Assembly: GCA_964016885.1 (NCBI GenBank)
Contig: CAXHJY010000230.1
Span: 1 to 44,698 of the forward strand
DNA from: Eledone cirrhosa
Taxonomy: Eukaryota
Direction of reading: 5' to 3'
DNA: 44,698 bases
The position numbers and the translations under genes were made by a program. Of this stretch, positions 1 to 19,721 are shown piece by piece; positions within the stretch are counted from its first letter, which is position 1; the number at the start of each line of letters is the position of its first letter. Below the pieces are notes generated by a model. The model searched no databases. It saw only the letters and a program-made list of their open reading frames with translations, and was not told where the DNA came from.

Positions 1-4288
<4,288 letters not shown>

Positions 4289-4294
<6 letters not shown>

Positions 4295-4701
4295 AAGTTA
4301 TATTTAAAATTGTTGGGTTACAACTAGTAAATATTTATAACTGATATAAAAGCACTCGACAAATATTTGGAGTATATTTACAATATTAAATAAATGGAAA
4401 ACTATATTTATAAAACCATATTTATTTCATTATATATATTTCGGGGATATCATATTAACAATATGCTATGCCTTCCCAGACAAAATACAATATAGACAGT
4501 TTTATAGATAAATAGATTTGACATACCGTTCAACATCGACTTGTATTTGAAAAGTTGATTTGGCAAATATAGTTGGTTTTATAAATATAGTTTCCATTTA
4601 TTTAATATCGTAAATATACTCCAAATACTTGTTGAGTGCTTTTATATCAGTTATAAATATTTACTAGTTGTAACCCAACAATTTTAAATATAACTTTACA
4701 T
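4289..4701. mobile_element. PLE family C pLTR fragment, inverted (hairpin) insertion, diverged
   Basis: 4289-~4560 matches the family C 3' end starting at 25249; ~4574-4701 is its reverse complement; degenerate hammerhead at 4423-4487 (-), core reads CTGGGA. Confidence 0.85.
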
Positions 4702-6129
<1,428 letters not shown>

Positions 6130-6344
6130 TTCGTTTCTGAATTTGTTTAGCAAGATTCTTTATCTGAAATCGTGTGTTGAAACCGATATTGTTATACTTT
6201 GGGAGGGTCATGTTGCCAATAAGAAATACACGCACCAGTTGCTTTCACTTCAATTTAATTTAATATATATTTATAAATTTACAAATTTATAAATTTCTGG
6301 TTGGTTGGTTGGTTCCACAACCAGATAGTTGTTTATATATATAT

Positions 6345-6389
6345 AGTCATAGTTCTTTCGTCACACACTCTGTGACCTCTTCAGTGACT
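6345..6389 (-). ncRNA. Minimal type I hammerhead ribozyme, PLE family A
   Basis: Reverse complement of 7692-7736. Confidence 0.8.
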
Positions 6390-6899
6390 GGGGATTTCTT
6401 TCTTCGTTTCTGTGCCTTTCCTTTCTTCTATCCTACGCCATTTTGTTTGTGTGTGGGTTGCGTGCTCAGTTTGCGCATGCGCCACATCCGGGTGTCTGTG
6501 TGTGTTTGTGTTCATTTTTCTATTTTTCTATTTATATTTGTTTGTTTATTTATTTATTTATTGTTGGTTGGTTGTTTGTTCTATGTGTGTGTGTGTTTTC
6601 ATTTTGTCTTGTGTGTGTTTTCAATTGTAAGTTGTTTATATATGTGTGTGTGTGTTTTCATTTTGTCCTTAATTGTTGTTTCTACATTGTCCCTCAGTAC
6701 ATCTTATGCTATATACTACATTTCTAGTTTTACAGTTAATATGGGGGCTTATTTTACAGGTTATACATTTCTTATCTATACATGAGGGTCTTTGGAACGG
6801 GTATGTCTTGCTAATAAGTGTTTTACGGAGGTACCAGGTCTTTCTACTATCTTAATATTGAGATTATGTTTCTTTAGGGCCCTTCTAAATTTGTAGGCT

Positions 6900-7412
6900 A
6901 GAGGTGAACTAGCCTACAAATTTAGAAGGGCCCTAAAGAAACATAATCTCAATATTAAGATAGTAGAAAGACCTGGTACCTCCGTAAAAACACTTATTAG
7001 CAAGACATACCCGTTCCAAAGACCCTCATGTATAGATAAGAAATGTATAACCTGTAAAATAAGCCCCCATATTAACTGTAAAACTAGAAATGTAGTATAT
7101 AGCATAAGATGTACTGAGGGACAATGTAGAAACAAAAATATAGTGTACATAGGTGAGACAGCTCGTAGTATAGGGGAACGAATAAATGAACACTGGCGAG
7201 ACCTCCAAGATAGTAAAGAATCATCTGTGCTCTACCAACATGCTAAGATAGAACACAGGGGTAAATTAGAGAGCATAGAAATAAAAATAGAATCCACACA
7301 CAAGAAAGACGCAATGTTTAGGCAAATTACAGAGGCAGTAAGCATAAAAGAATTAAAACCAAAATTAAATAGAAAATATGAGTGGAACAGCAACATCACA
7401 ACTTACAATTAA
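6900..7412 (+). pseudogene. PLE family A ORF C-terminus: Cys-rich linker plus GIY-YIG endonuclease (5'-truncated; Neptune-like, tentative)
   Basis: Frame stays open upstream of the listed 7143 ORF: RGELAYKFRRAL...CIDKKCITCKISPHINCKTRNVVYSIRCTEGQC...VYIGETARSIGERINEH...QH...RQITEAVSI...LNRK, giving the GIY/YIG, R, E, N and CCHH motifs. Confidence 0.9.
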
Positions 7413-7589
7413 GGACAAAATGAAAACACACACACACATATATAAACAACTTACAATTGAAAACACACACAAGACAAAATGAAAACACACACACACATAG
7501 AACAAACAACCAACCAACAATAAATAAATAAATAAACAAACAAATATAAATAGAAAAATAGAAAAATGAACACAAACACACACAGACAC

Positions 7590-7645
7590 CCGGATGTGGC
7601 GCATGCGCAAACTGAGCACGCAACCCACACACAAACAAAATGGCG
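7590..7645 (+). promoter_or_regulatory. Putative pLTR promoter motif cluster (ETS-, NRF1- and YY1-like)
   Basis: CCGGATGT 7590-7597, GCGCATGCGC 7599-7608 and AAAATGGCG 7637-7645 lie just upstream of the hammerhead; motif matches only. Confidence 0.4.
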
Positions 7646-7691
7646 TAGGATAGAAGAAAGGAAAGGCACAGAAACGAAGAAAGAAATCCCC

Positions 7692-7736
7692 AGTCACTGA
7701 AGAGGTCACAGAGTGTGTGACGAAAGAACTATGACT
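7692..7736 (+). ncRNA. Minimal type I hammerhead ribozyme, PLE family A
   Basis: AGTCA-CTGAAGA-G-GTCAC agagtgt GTGAC-GAAA-GAAC-TA^TGACT: stem I AGTCA/TGACT, stem II GTCAC/GTGAC, vestigial stem III, CUA triplet. Confidence 0.82.
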
Positions 7737-7893
7737 ATATATATATAAACAACTATCTGGTTGTGGAACCAACCAACCAACCAGAAATTTATAAATTTGT
7801 AAATTTATAAATATATATTAAATTAAATTGAAGTGAAAGCAACTGGTGCGTGTATTTCTTATTGGCAACATGACCCTCCCAAAGTATAACAAT

Positions 7894-10153
<2,260 letters not shown>

Positions 10154-10453
10154 AATTGAAACAAAATGAAAACGAAATTTCATTTCTCACTCTTAGTATG
10201 GCACTTACTTAAATGTAAGTATGCATGTATACGTACATACATATATGTATACAGACGTACAGTAGCATGCACATATATATATATATATACATATATACAT
10301 ACATATGCATACAGGTACACATACATATATGCACGTATCAGTTTAGCGGCGCTAACGTCGCTTTGTTCGTTTGTAAACAAACTGAACAGCCTGAATTTAT
10401 GCCATACGGTGTTAAGGCAACCACGTCACCTTTTTGTTCAACACTGACACAGG

Positions 10454-10498
10454 AACGATGTACTAGTTTCAAGCTTGTTAGCTATCATCAGCACCGTT
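10454..10498 (-). ncRNA. Type I minimal hammerhead, first of 11 in the left arm of array 1
   Basis: Minus strand: AACGGTG-CTGATGA-T-AGCT aaca AGCT-T-GAAA-CTAG-TA^CATCGTT. Other 45-nt copies start at 10920, 11386, 11852, 12318, 12784, 13250, 13716, 14182, 14648 and 15114. Confidence 0.88.
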
Positions 10499-13400
10499 TA
10501 CCCATCTGCCAGATAGTTGAACGTTCGGAAGTATATACTTTCCTTATGAAAATTAACGGCTGAGCAGCCTAATTTGCATATTGAGTGAGTTAAATCGGTC
10601 AGGCATACCGAAAACGATAAATTGAAACAAAATGAAAACGAAATTTCATTTCTCACTCTTAGTATGGCACTTACTTAAATGTAAGTATGCATGTATACGT
10701 ACATACATATATGTATACAGACGTACAGTAGCATGCACATATATATATATATATACATATATACATACATATGCATACAGGTACACATACATATATGCAC
10801 GTATCAGTTTAGCGGCGCTAACGTCGCTTTGTTCGTTTGTAAACAAACTGAACAGCCTGAATTTATGCCATACGGTGTTAAGGCAACCACGTCACCTTTT
10901 TGTTCAACACTGACACAGGAACGATGTACTAGTTTCAAGCTTGTTAGCTATCATCAGCACCGTTTACCCATCTGCCAGATAGTTGAACGTTCGGAAGTAT
11001 ATACTTTCCTTATGAAAATTAACGGCTGAGCAGCCTAATTTGCATATTGAGTGAGTTAAATCGGTCAGGCATACCGAAAACGATAAATTGAAACAAAATG
11101 AAAACGAAATTTCATTTCTCACTCTTAGTATGGCACTTACTTAAATGTAAGTATGCATGTATACGTACATACATATATGTATACAGACGTACAGTAGCAT
11201 GCACATATATATATATATATACATATATACATACATATGCATACAGGTACACATACATATATGCACGTATCAGTTTAGCGGCGCTAACGTCGCTTTGTTC
11301 GTTTGTAAACAAACTGAACAGCCTGAATTTATGCCATACGGTGTTAAGGCAACCACGTCACCTTTTTGTTCAACACTGACACAGGAACGATGTACTAGTT
11401 TCAAGCTTGTTAGCTATCATCAGCACCGTTTACCCATCTGCCAGATAGTTGAACGTTCGGAAGTATATACTTTCCTTATGAAAATTAACGGCTGAGCAGC
11501 CTAATTTGCATATTGAGTGAGTTAAATCGGTCAGGCATACCGAAAACGATAAATTGAAACAAAATGAAAACGAAATTTCATTTCTCACTCTTAGTATGGC
11601 ACTTACTTAAATGTAAGTATGCATGTATACGTACATACATATATGTATACAGACGTACAGTAGCATGCACATATATATATATATATACATATATACATAC
11701 ATATGCATACAGGTACACATACATATATGCACGTATCAGTTTAGCGGCGCTAACGTCGCTTTGTTCGTTTGTAAACAAACTGAACAGCCTGAATTTATGC
11801 CATACGGTGTTAAGGCAACCACGTCACCTTTTTGTTCAACACTGACACAGGAACGATGTACTAGTTTCAAGCTTGTTAGCTATCATCAGCACCGTTTACC
11901 CATCTGCCAGATAGTTGAACGTTCGGAAGTATATACTTTCCTTATGAAAATTAACGGCTGAGCAGCCTAATTTGCATATTGAGTGAGTTAAATCGGTCAG
12001 GCATACCGAAAACGATAAATTGAAACAAAATGAAAACGAAATTTCATTTCTCACTCTTAGTATGGCACTTACTTAAATGTAAGTATGCATGTATACGTAC
12101 ATACATATATGTATACAGACGTACAGTAGCATGCACATATATATATATATATACATATATACATACATATGCATACAGGTACACATACATATATGCACGT
12201 ATCAGTTTAGCGGCGCTAACGTCGCTTTGTTCGTTTGTAAACAAACTGAACAGCCTGAATTTATGCCATACGGTGTTAAGGCAACCACGTCACCTTTTTG
12301 TTCAACACTGACACAGGAACGATGTACTAGTTTCAAGCTTGTTAGCTATCATCAGCACCGTTTACCCATCTGCCAGATAGTTGAACGTTCGGAAGTATAT
12401 ACTTTCCTTATGAAAATTAACGGCTGAGCAGCCTAATTTGCATATTGAGTGAGTTAAATCGGTCAGGCATACCGAAAACGATAAATTGAAACAAAATGAA
12501 AACGAAATTTCATTTCTCACTCTTAGTATGGCACTTACTTAAATGTAAGTATGCATGTATACGTACATACATATATGTATACAGACGTACAGTAGCATGC
12601 ACATATATATATATATATACATATATACATACATATGCATACAGGTACACATACATATATGCACGTATCAGTTTAGCGGCGCTAACGTCGCTTTGTTCGT
12701 TTGTAAACAAACTGAACAGCCTGAATTTATGCCATACGGTGTTAAGGCAACCACGTCACCTTTTTGTTCAACACTGACACAGGAACGATGTACTAGTTTC
12801 AAGCTTGTTAGCTATCATCAGCACCGTTTACCCATCTGCCAGATAGTTGAACGTTCGGAAGTATATACTTTCCTTATGAAAATTAACGGCTGAGCAGCCT
12901 AATTTGCATATTGAGTGAGTTAAATCGGTCAGGCATACCGAAAACGATAAATTGAAACAAAATGAAAACGAAATTTCATTTCTCACTCTTAGTATGGCAC
13001 TTACTTAAATGTAAGTATGCATGTATACGTACATACATATATGTATACAGACGTACAGTAGCATGCACATATATATATATATATACATATATACATACAT
13101 ATGCATACAGGTACACATACATATATGCACGTATCAGTTTAGCGGCGCTAACGTCGCTTTGTTCGTTTGTAAACAAACTGAACAGCCTGAATTTATGCCA
13201 TACGGTGTTAAGGCAACCACGTCACCTTTTTGTTCAACACTGACACAGGAACGATGTACTAGTTTCAAGCTTGTTAGCTATCATCAGCACCGTTTACCCA
13301 TCTGCCAGATAGTTGAACGTTCGGAAGTATATACTTTCCTTATGAAAATTAACGGCTGAGCAGCCTAATTTGCATATTGAGTGAGTTAAATCGGTCAGGC

Positions 13401-15875
13401 ATACCGAAAACGATAAATTGAAACAAAATGAAAACGAAATTTCATTTCTCACTCTTAGTATGGCACTTACTTAAATGTAAGTATGCATGTATACGTACAT
13501 ACATATATGTATACAGACGTACAGTAGCATGCACATATATATATATATATACATATATACATACATATGCATACAGGTACACATACATATATGCACGTAT
13601 CAGTTTAGCGGCGCTAACGTCGCTTTGTTCGTTTGTAAACAAACTGAACAGCCTGAATTTATGCCATACGGTGTTAAGGCAACCACGTCACCTTTTTGTT
13701 CAACACTGACACAGGAACGATGTACTAGTTTCAAGCTTGTTAGCTATCATCAGCACCGTTTACCCATCTGCCAGATAGTTGAACGTTCGGAAGTATATAC
13801 TTTCCTTATGAAAATTAACGGCTGAGCAGCCTAATTTGCATATTGAGTGAGTTAAATCGGTCAGGCATACCGAAAACGATAAATTGAAACAAAATGAAAA
13901 CGAAATTTCATTTCTCACTCTTAGTATGGCACTTACTTAAATGTAAGTATGCATGTATACGTACATACATATATGTATACAGACGTACAGTAGCATGCAC
14001 ATATATATATATATATACATATATACATACATATGCATACAGGTACACATACATATATGCACGTATCAGTTTAGCGGCGCTAACGTCGCTTTGTTCGTTT
14101 GTAAACAAACTGAACAGCCTGAATTTATGCCATACGGTGTTAAGGCAACCACGTCACCTTTTTGTTCAACACTGACACAGGAACGATGTACTAGTTTCAA
14201 GCTTGTTAGCTATCATCAGCACCGTTTACCCATCTGCCAGATAGTTGAACGTTCGGAAGTATATACTTTCCTTATGAAAATTAACGGCTGAGCAGCCTAA
14301 TTTGCATATTGAGTGAGTTAAATCGGTCAGGCATACCGAAAACGATAAATTGAAACAAAATGAAAACGAAATTTCATTTCTCACTCTTAGTATGGCACTT
14401 ACTTAAATGTAAGTATGCATGTATACGTACATACATATATGTATACAGACGTACAGTAGCATGCACATATATATATATATATACATATATACATACATAT
14501 GCATACAGGTACACATACATATATGCACGTATCAGTTTAGCGGCGCTAACGTCGCTTTGTTCGTTTGTAAACAAACTGAACAGCCTGAATTTATGCCATA
14601 CGGTGTTAAGGCAACCACGTCACCTTTTTGTTCAACACTGACACAGGAACGATGTACTAGTTTCAAGCTTGTTAGCTATCATCAGCACCGTTTACCCATC
14701 TGCCAGATAGTTGAACGTTCGGAAGTATATACTTTCCTTATGAAAATTAACGGCTGAGCAGCCTAATTTGCATATTGAGTGAGTTAAATCGGTCAGGCAT
14801 ACCGAAAACGATAAATTGAAACAAAATGAAAACGAAATTTCATTTCTCACTCTTAGTATGGCACTTACTTAAATGTAAGTATGCATGTATACGTACATAC
14901 ATATATGTATACAGACGTACAGTAGCATGCACATATATATATATATATACATATATACATACATATGCATACAGGTACACATACATATATGCACGTATCA
15001 GTTTAGCGGCGCTAACGTCGCTTTGTTCGTTTGTAAACAAACTGAACAGCCTGAATTTATGCCATACGGTGTTAAGGCAACCACGTCACCTTTTTGTTCA
15101 ACACTGACACAGGAACGATGTACTAGTTTCAAGCTTGTTAGCTATCATCAGCACCGTTTACCCATCTGCCAGATAGTTGAACGTTCGGAAGTATATACTT
15201 TCCTTATGAAAATTAACGGCTGAGCAGCCTAATTTGCATATTGAGTGAGTTAAATCGGTCAGGCATACCGAAAACGATAAATTGAAACAAAATGAAAACG
15301 AAATTTCATTTCTCACTCTTAGTATGGCACTTACTTAAATGTAAGTATGCATGTATACGTACATACATATATGTATACAGACGTACAGTAGCATGCACAT
15401 ATATATATATATATATACATATATACATACATATGCATACAGGTACACATACATATATGCACGTATCAGTTTAGCGGCGCTAACGTCGCTTTGTTCGTTT
15501 GTAAACAAACTGAACAGGCTGTTCAGTTTGTTTACAAACGAACAAAGCGACGTTAGCGCCGCTAAACTGATACGTGCATATATGTATGTGTACCTGTATG
15601 CATATGTATGTATATATGTATATATATATATATATGTGCATGCTACTGTACGTCTGTATACATATATGTATGTACGTATACATGCATACTTACATTTAAG
15701 TAAGTGCCATACTAAGAGTGAGAAATGAAATTTCGTTTTCATTTTGTTTCAATTTATCGTTTTCGGTATGCCTGACCGATTTAACTCACTCAATATGCAA
15801 ATTAGGCTGCTCAGCCGTTAATTTTCATAAGGAAAGTATATACTTCCGAACGTTCAACTATCTGGCAGATGGGTA

Positions 15876-15920
15876 AACGGTGCTGATGATAGCTAACAAG
15901 CTTGAAACTAGTACATCGTT
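15876..15920 (+). ncRNA. Type I minimal hammerhead, first of 6 in the right arm of array 1
   Basis: AACGGTG CTGATGA TAGCTAACAAGCTT GAAA CTAG TA CATCGTT; 7-bp stem I, palindromic ACTAGT stem III, GUA site. Other copies start at 16342, 16808, 17274, 17740 and 18206. Confidence 0.88.
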
Positions 15921-18506
15921 CCTGTGTCAGTGTTGAACAAAAAGGTGACGTGGTTGCCTTAACACCGTATGGCATAAATTCAGGCTGTTCAGTTTGTTTA
16001 CAAACGAACAAAGCGACGTTAGCGCCGCTAAACTGATACGTGCATATATGTATGTGTACCTGTATGCATATGTATGTATATATGTATATATATATATATA
16101 TGTGCATGCTACTGTACGTCTGTATACATATATGTATGTACGTATACATGCATACTTACATTTAAGTAAGTGCCATACTAAGAGTGAGAAATGAAATTTC
16201 GTTTTCATTTTGTTTCAATTTATCGTTTTCGGTATGCCTGACCGATTTAACTCACTCAATATGCAAATTAGGCTGCTCAGCCGTTAATTTTCATAAGGAA
16301 AGTATATACTTCCGAACGTTCAACTATCTGGCAGATGGGTAAACGGTGCTGATGATAGCTAACAAGCTTGAAACTAGTACATCGTTCCTGTGTCAGTGTT
16401 GAACAAAAAGGTGACGTGGTTGCCTTAACACCGTATGGCATAAATTCAGGCTGTTCAGTTTGTTTACAAACGAACAAAGCGACGTTAGCGCCGCTAAACT
16501 GATACGTGCATATATGTATGTGTACCTGTATGCATATGTATGTATATATGTATATATATATATATATGTGCATGCTACTGTACGTCTGTATACATATATG
16601 TATGTACGTATACATGCATACTTACATTTAAGTAAGTGCCATACTAAGAGTGAGAAATGAAATTTCGTTTTCATTTTGTTTCAATTTATCGTTTTCGGTA
16701 TGCCTGACCGATTTAACTCACTCAATATGCAAATTAGGCTGCTCAGCCGTTAATTTTCATAAGGAAAGTATATACTTCCGAACGTTCAACTATCTGGCAG
16801 ATGGGTAAACGGTGCTGATGATAGCTAACAAGCTTGAAACTAGTACATCGTTCCTGTGTCAGTGTTGAACAAAAAGGTGACGTGGTTGCCTTAACACCGT
16901 ATGGCATAAATTCAGGCTGTTCAGTTTGTTTACAAACGAACAAAGCGACGTTAGCGCCGCTAAACTGATACGTGCATATATGTATGTGTACCTGTATGCA
17001 TATGTATGTATATATGTATATATATATATATATGTGCATGCTACTGTACGTCTGTATACATATATGTATGTACGTATACATGCATACTTACATTTAAGTA
17101 AGTGCCATACTAAGAGTGAGAAATGAAATTTCGTTTTCATTTTGTTTCAATTTATCGTTTTCGGTATGCCTGACCGATTTAACTCACTCAATATGCAAAT
17201 TAGGCTGCTCAGCCGTTAATTTTCATAAGGAAAGTATATACTTCCGAACGTTCAACTATCTGGCAGATGGGTAAACGGTGCTGATGATAGCTAACAAGCT
17301 TGAAACTAGTACATCGTTCCTGTGTCAGTGTTGAACAAAAAGGTGACGTGGTTGCCTTAACACCGTATGGCATAAATTCAGGCTGTTCAGTTTGTTTACA
17401 AACGAACAAAGCGACGTTAGCGCCGCTAAACTGATACGTGCATATATGTATGTGTACCTGTATGCATATGTATGTATATATGTATATATATATATATATG
17501 TGCATGCTATTGTACGTCTGTATACATATATGTATGTACGTATACATGCATACTTACATTTAAGTAAGTGCCATACTAAGAGTGAGAAATGAAATTTCGT
17601 TTTCATTTTGTTTCAATTTATCGTTTTCGGTATGCCTGACCGATTTAACTCACTCAATATGCAAATTAGGCTGCTCAGCCGTTAATTTTCATAAGGAAAG
17701 TATATACTTCCGAACGTTCAACTATCTGGCAGATGGGTAAACGGTGCTGATGATAGCTAACAAGCTTGAAACTAGTACATCGTTCCTGTGTCAGTGTTGA
17801 ACAAAAAGGTGACGTGGTTGCCTTAACACCGTATGGCATAAATTCAGGCTGTTCAGTTTGTTTACAAACGAACAAAGCGACGTTAGCGCCGCTAAACTGA
17901 TACGTGCATATATGTATGTGTACCTGTATGCATATGTATGTATATATGTATATATATATATATATGTGCATGCTACTGTACGTCTGTATACATATATGTA
18001 TGTACGTATACATGCATACTTACATTTAAGTAAGTGCCATACTAAGAGTGAGAAATGAAATTTCGTTTTCATTTTGTTTCAATTTATCGTTTTCGGTATG
18101 CCTGACCGATTTAACTCACTCAATATGCAAATTAGGCTGCTCAGCCGTTAATTTTCATAAGGAAAGTATATACTTCCGAACGTTCAACTATCTGGCAGAT
18201 GGGTAAACGGTGCTGATGATAGCTAACAAGCTTGAAACTAGTACATCGTTCCTGTGTCAGTGTTGAACAAAAAGGTGACGTGGTTGCCTTAACACCGTAT
18301 GGCATAAATTCAGGCTGTTCAGTTTGTTTACAAACGAACAAAGCGACGTTAGCGCCGCTAAACTGATACGTGCATATATGTATGTGTACCTGTATGCATA
18401 TGTATGTATATATGTATATATATATATATATGTGCATGCTACTGTACGTCTGTATACATATATGTATGTACGTATACATGCATACTTACATATATATATA
18501 TATATT

Positions 18507-18571
<65 letters not shown>

Positions 18572-18574
18572 ATT

Positions 18575-18626
<52 letters not shown>

Positions 18627-18642
18627 TATATATATATATATT

Positions 18643-18697
<55 letters not shown>

Positions 18698-18824
18698 ATA
18701 TATATATTTATTTATATATATATATATATTTATTTATATATATATATTTATATATATATATTTATATATATATATATATATTTATTTATATATATATATA
18801 TATATTTATTTATATATATATATT

Positions 18825-18938
<114 letters not shown>

Positions 18939-18965
18939 CATTTATATATATATATATATATATAA

Positions 18966-19721
18966 AACTTCCCTCTAGGACACAAGTACCACAACCTCTT
19001 AAACAAAAACACCATTAAAATCTCATACTCTACGACGCCTAACTTAGCATACCACATAGCTAGCAGCAATAATAGTAAAATTAGTTCTTACTTCCAACAA
19101 ACAAAATCACAACGGGATGCAAACCCTCTAAATACCACTGTAGCAAGCAACAATAGCAACGGCAGTAACAATAGAAATAACACTAGTATAAGTAATAACA
19201 CCAGGGTTGTCAACCCGAACACCCAAAATCCTATATCCACCACACAGACTTCCGCATTGCATTATAACCAGCGGACTAACGCACAGAATAATTGTAACTG
19301 TAGAGCTAATAGAACCTGCCCTTTAGATAAAAAATGCCTAACCAAGGATGTCATATACTCATGCACAGTCACGACTAATAACTCTTCAGAAACCTATGTA
19401 GGCTCCACTTCTAACTGCTTCAAAATCAGATATAACTCGCACATCCACTCGTTCAAAAAGCACAGCCTAGCCAACTCCACCTCACTTTCTAGCTACATAC
19501 ACTATCTAAAATCTAAAAATAAACCATACACACTCAAATGGGAAGTGATAGGCAGCGCGACCTCGTACAAACCACCTAATAAATTCTGTAACCTCTGTAT
19601 ACTAGAGACACACAATATTATCTTCTCCAACCGTAACCTACTTAACAAAAAATCTGAGGTGTTTGCAACTTGCCAGCACCGCCTCAGACATTCCTTCCAA
19701 AACTTTAAGCCCTATATATAG
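18966..19721 (+). pseudogene. PLE family B ORF C-terminus: thumb end, Asn-rich spacer, CxCx5Cx5C linker, GIY-YIG (Hydra-clade-like, tentative)
   Basis: Frame open from 18966: [27 protein letters not shown]...CNCRANRTCPLDKKC...VIYSCTV...YVGSTSNCFKIRYNSH...CNLCILE...LLNKK...CQHR; homologous to 26954-27928. Confidence 0.9.

Larger units (their letters stand above)
6130..7893. mobile_element. PLE family A, 5'-truncated inverted insertion (arms 6130-6901 and 6909-7893)
   Basis: Palindrome centred on ...GGCTAG aggtgaa CTAGCC...; right arm encodes a GIY-YIG C-terminus; each arm carries a hammerhead; flanked by (TA)n. Confidence 0.92.
10151..18491. mobile_element. Retrozyme-like array 1: 466-bp hammerhead-containing tandem units, ~11.5 units then ~6.4 inverted units
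   Basis: Exact 466-bp periodicity (ORF track repeats every 466 bp); inversion centre at 15518 (CTGAACAG g CTGTTCAG); 17 complete hammerheads; both ends abut (TA)n. Confidence 0.93.

Noticed and set aside
6309-7772. Hydrophobic 'membrane protein' ORFs (also 24064-24549, 25517-25798, 28728-29009)
   Set aside because: Antisense translations of A/C- or A/G-rich pLTR sequence.
10166-10563. 93-, 112- and 66-aa ORFs repeated in each 466-bp unit
   Set aside because: Overlapping and low-complexity with no recognisable motif; disrupted in the solo copy, where the hammerhead is preserved.
10558-10616. Second hammerhead on the opposite strand (CTGAGCA...CCGAAA)
   Set aside because: Core lacks G8, CTGA is buried in the GGCTGAGCAGCC hairpin, and no stem I or III can be formed.
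10151-18491. CRISPR array, or tandem rRNA/tRNA/snRNA cluster
   Set aside because: Units are identical with no spacers; no cas genes, cloverleaf or recognisable 5S/snRNA sequence; context is eukaryotic.
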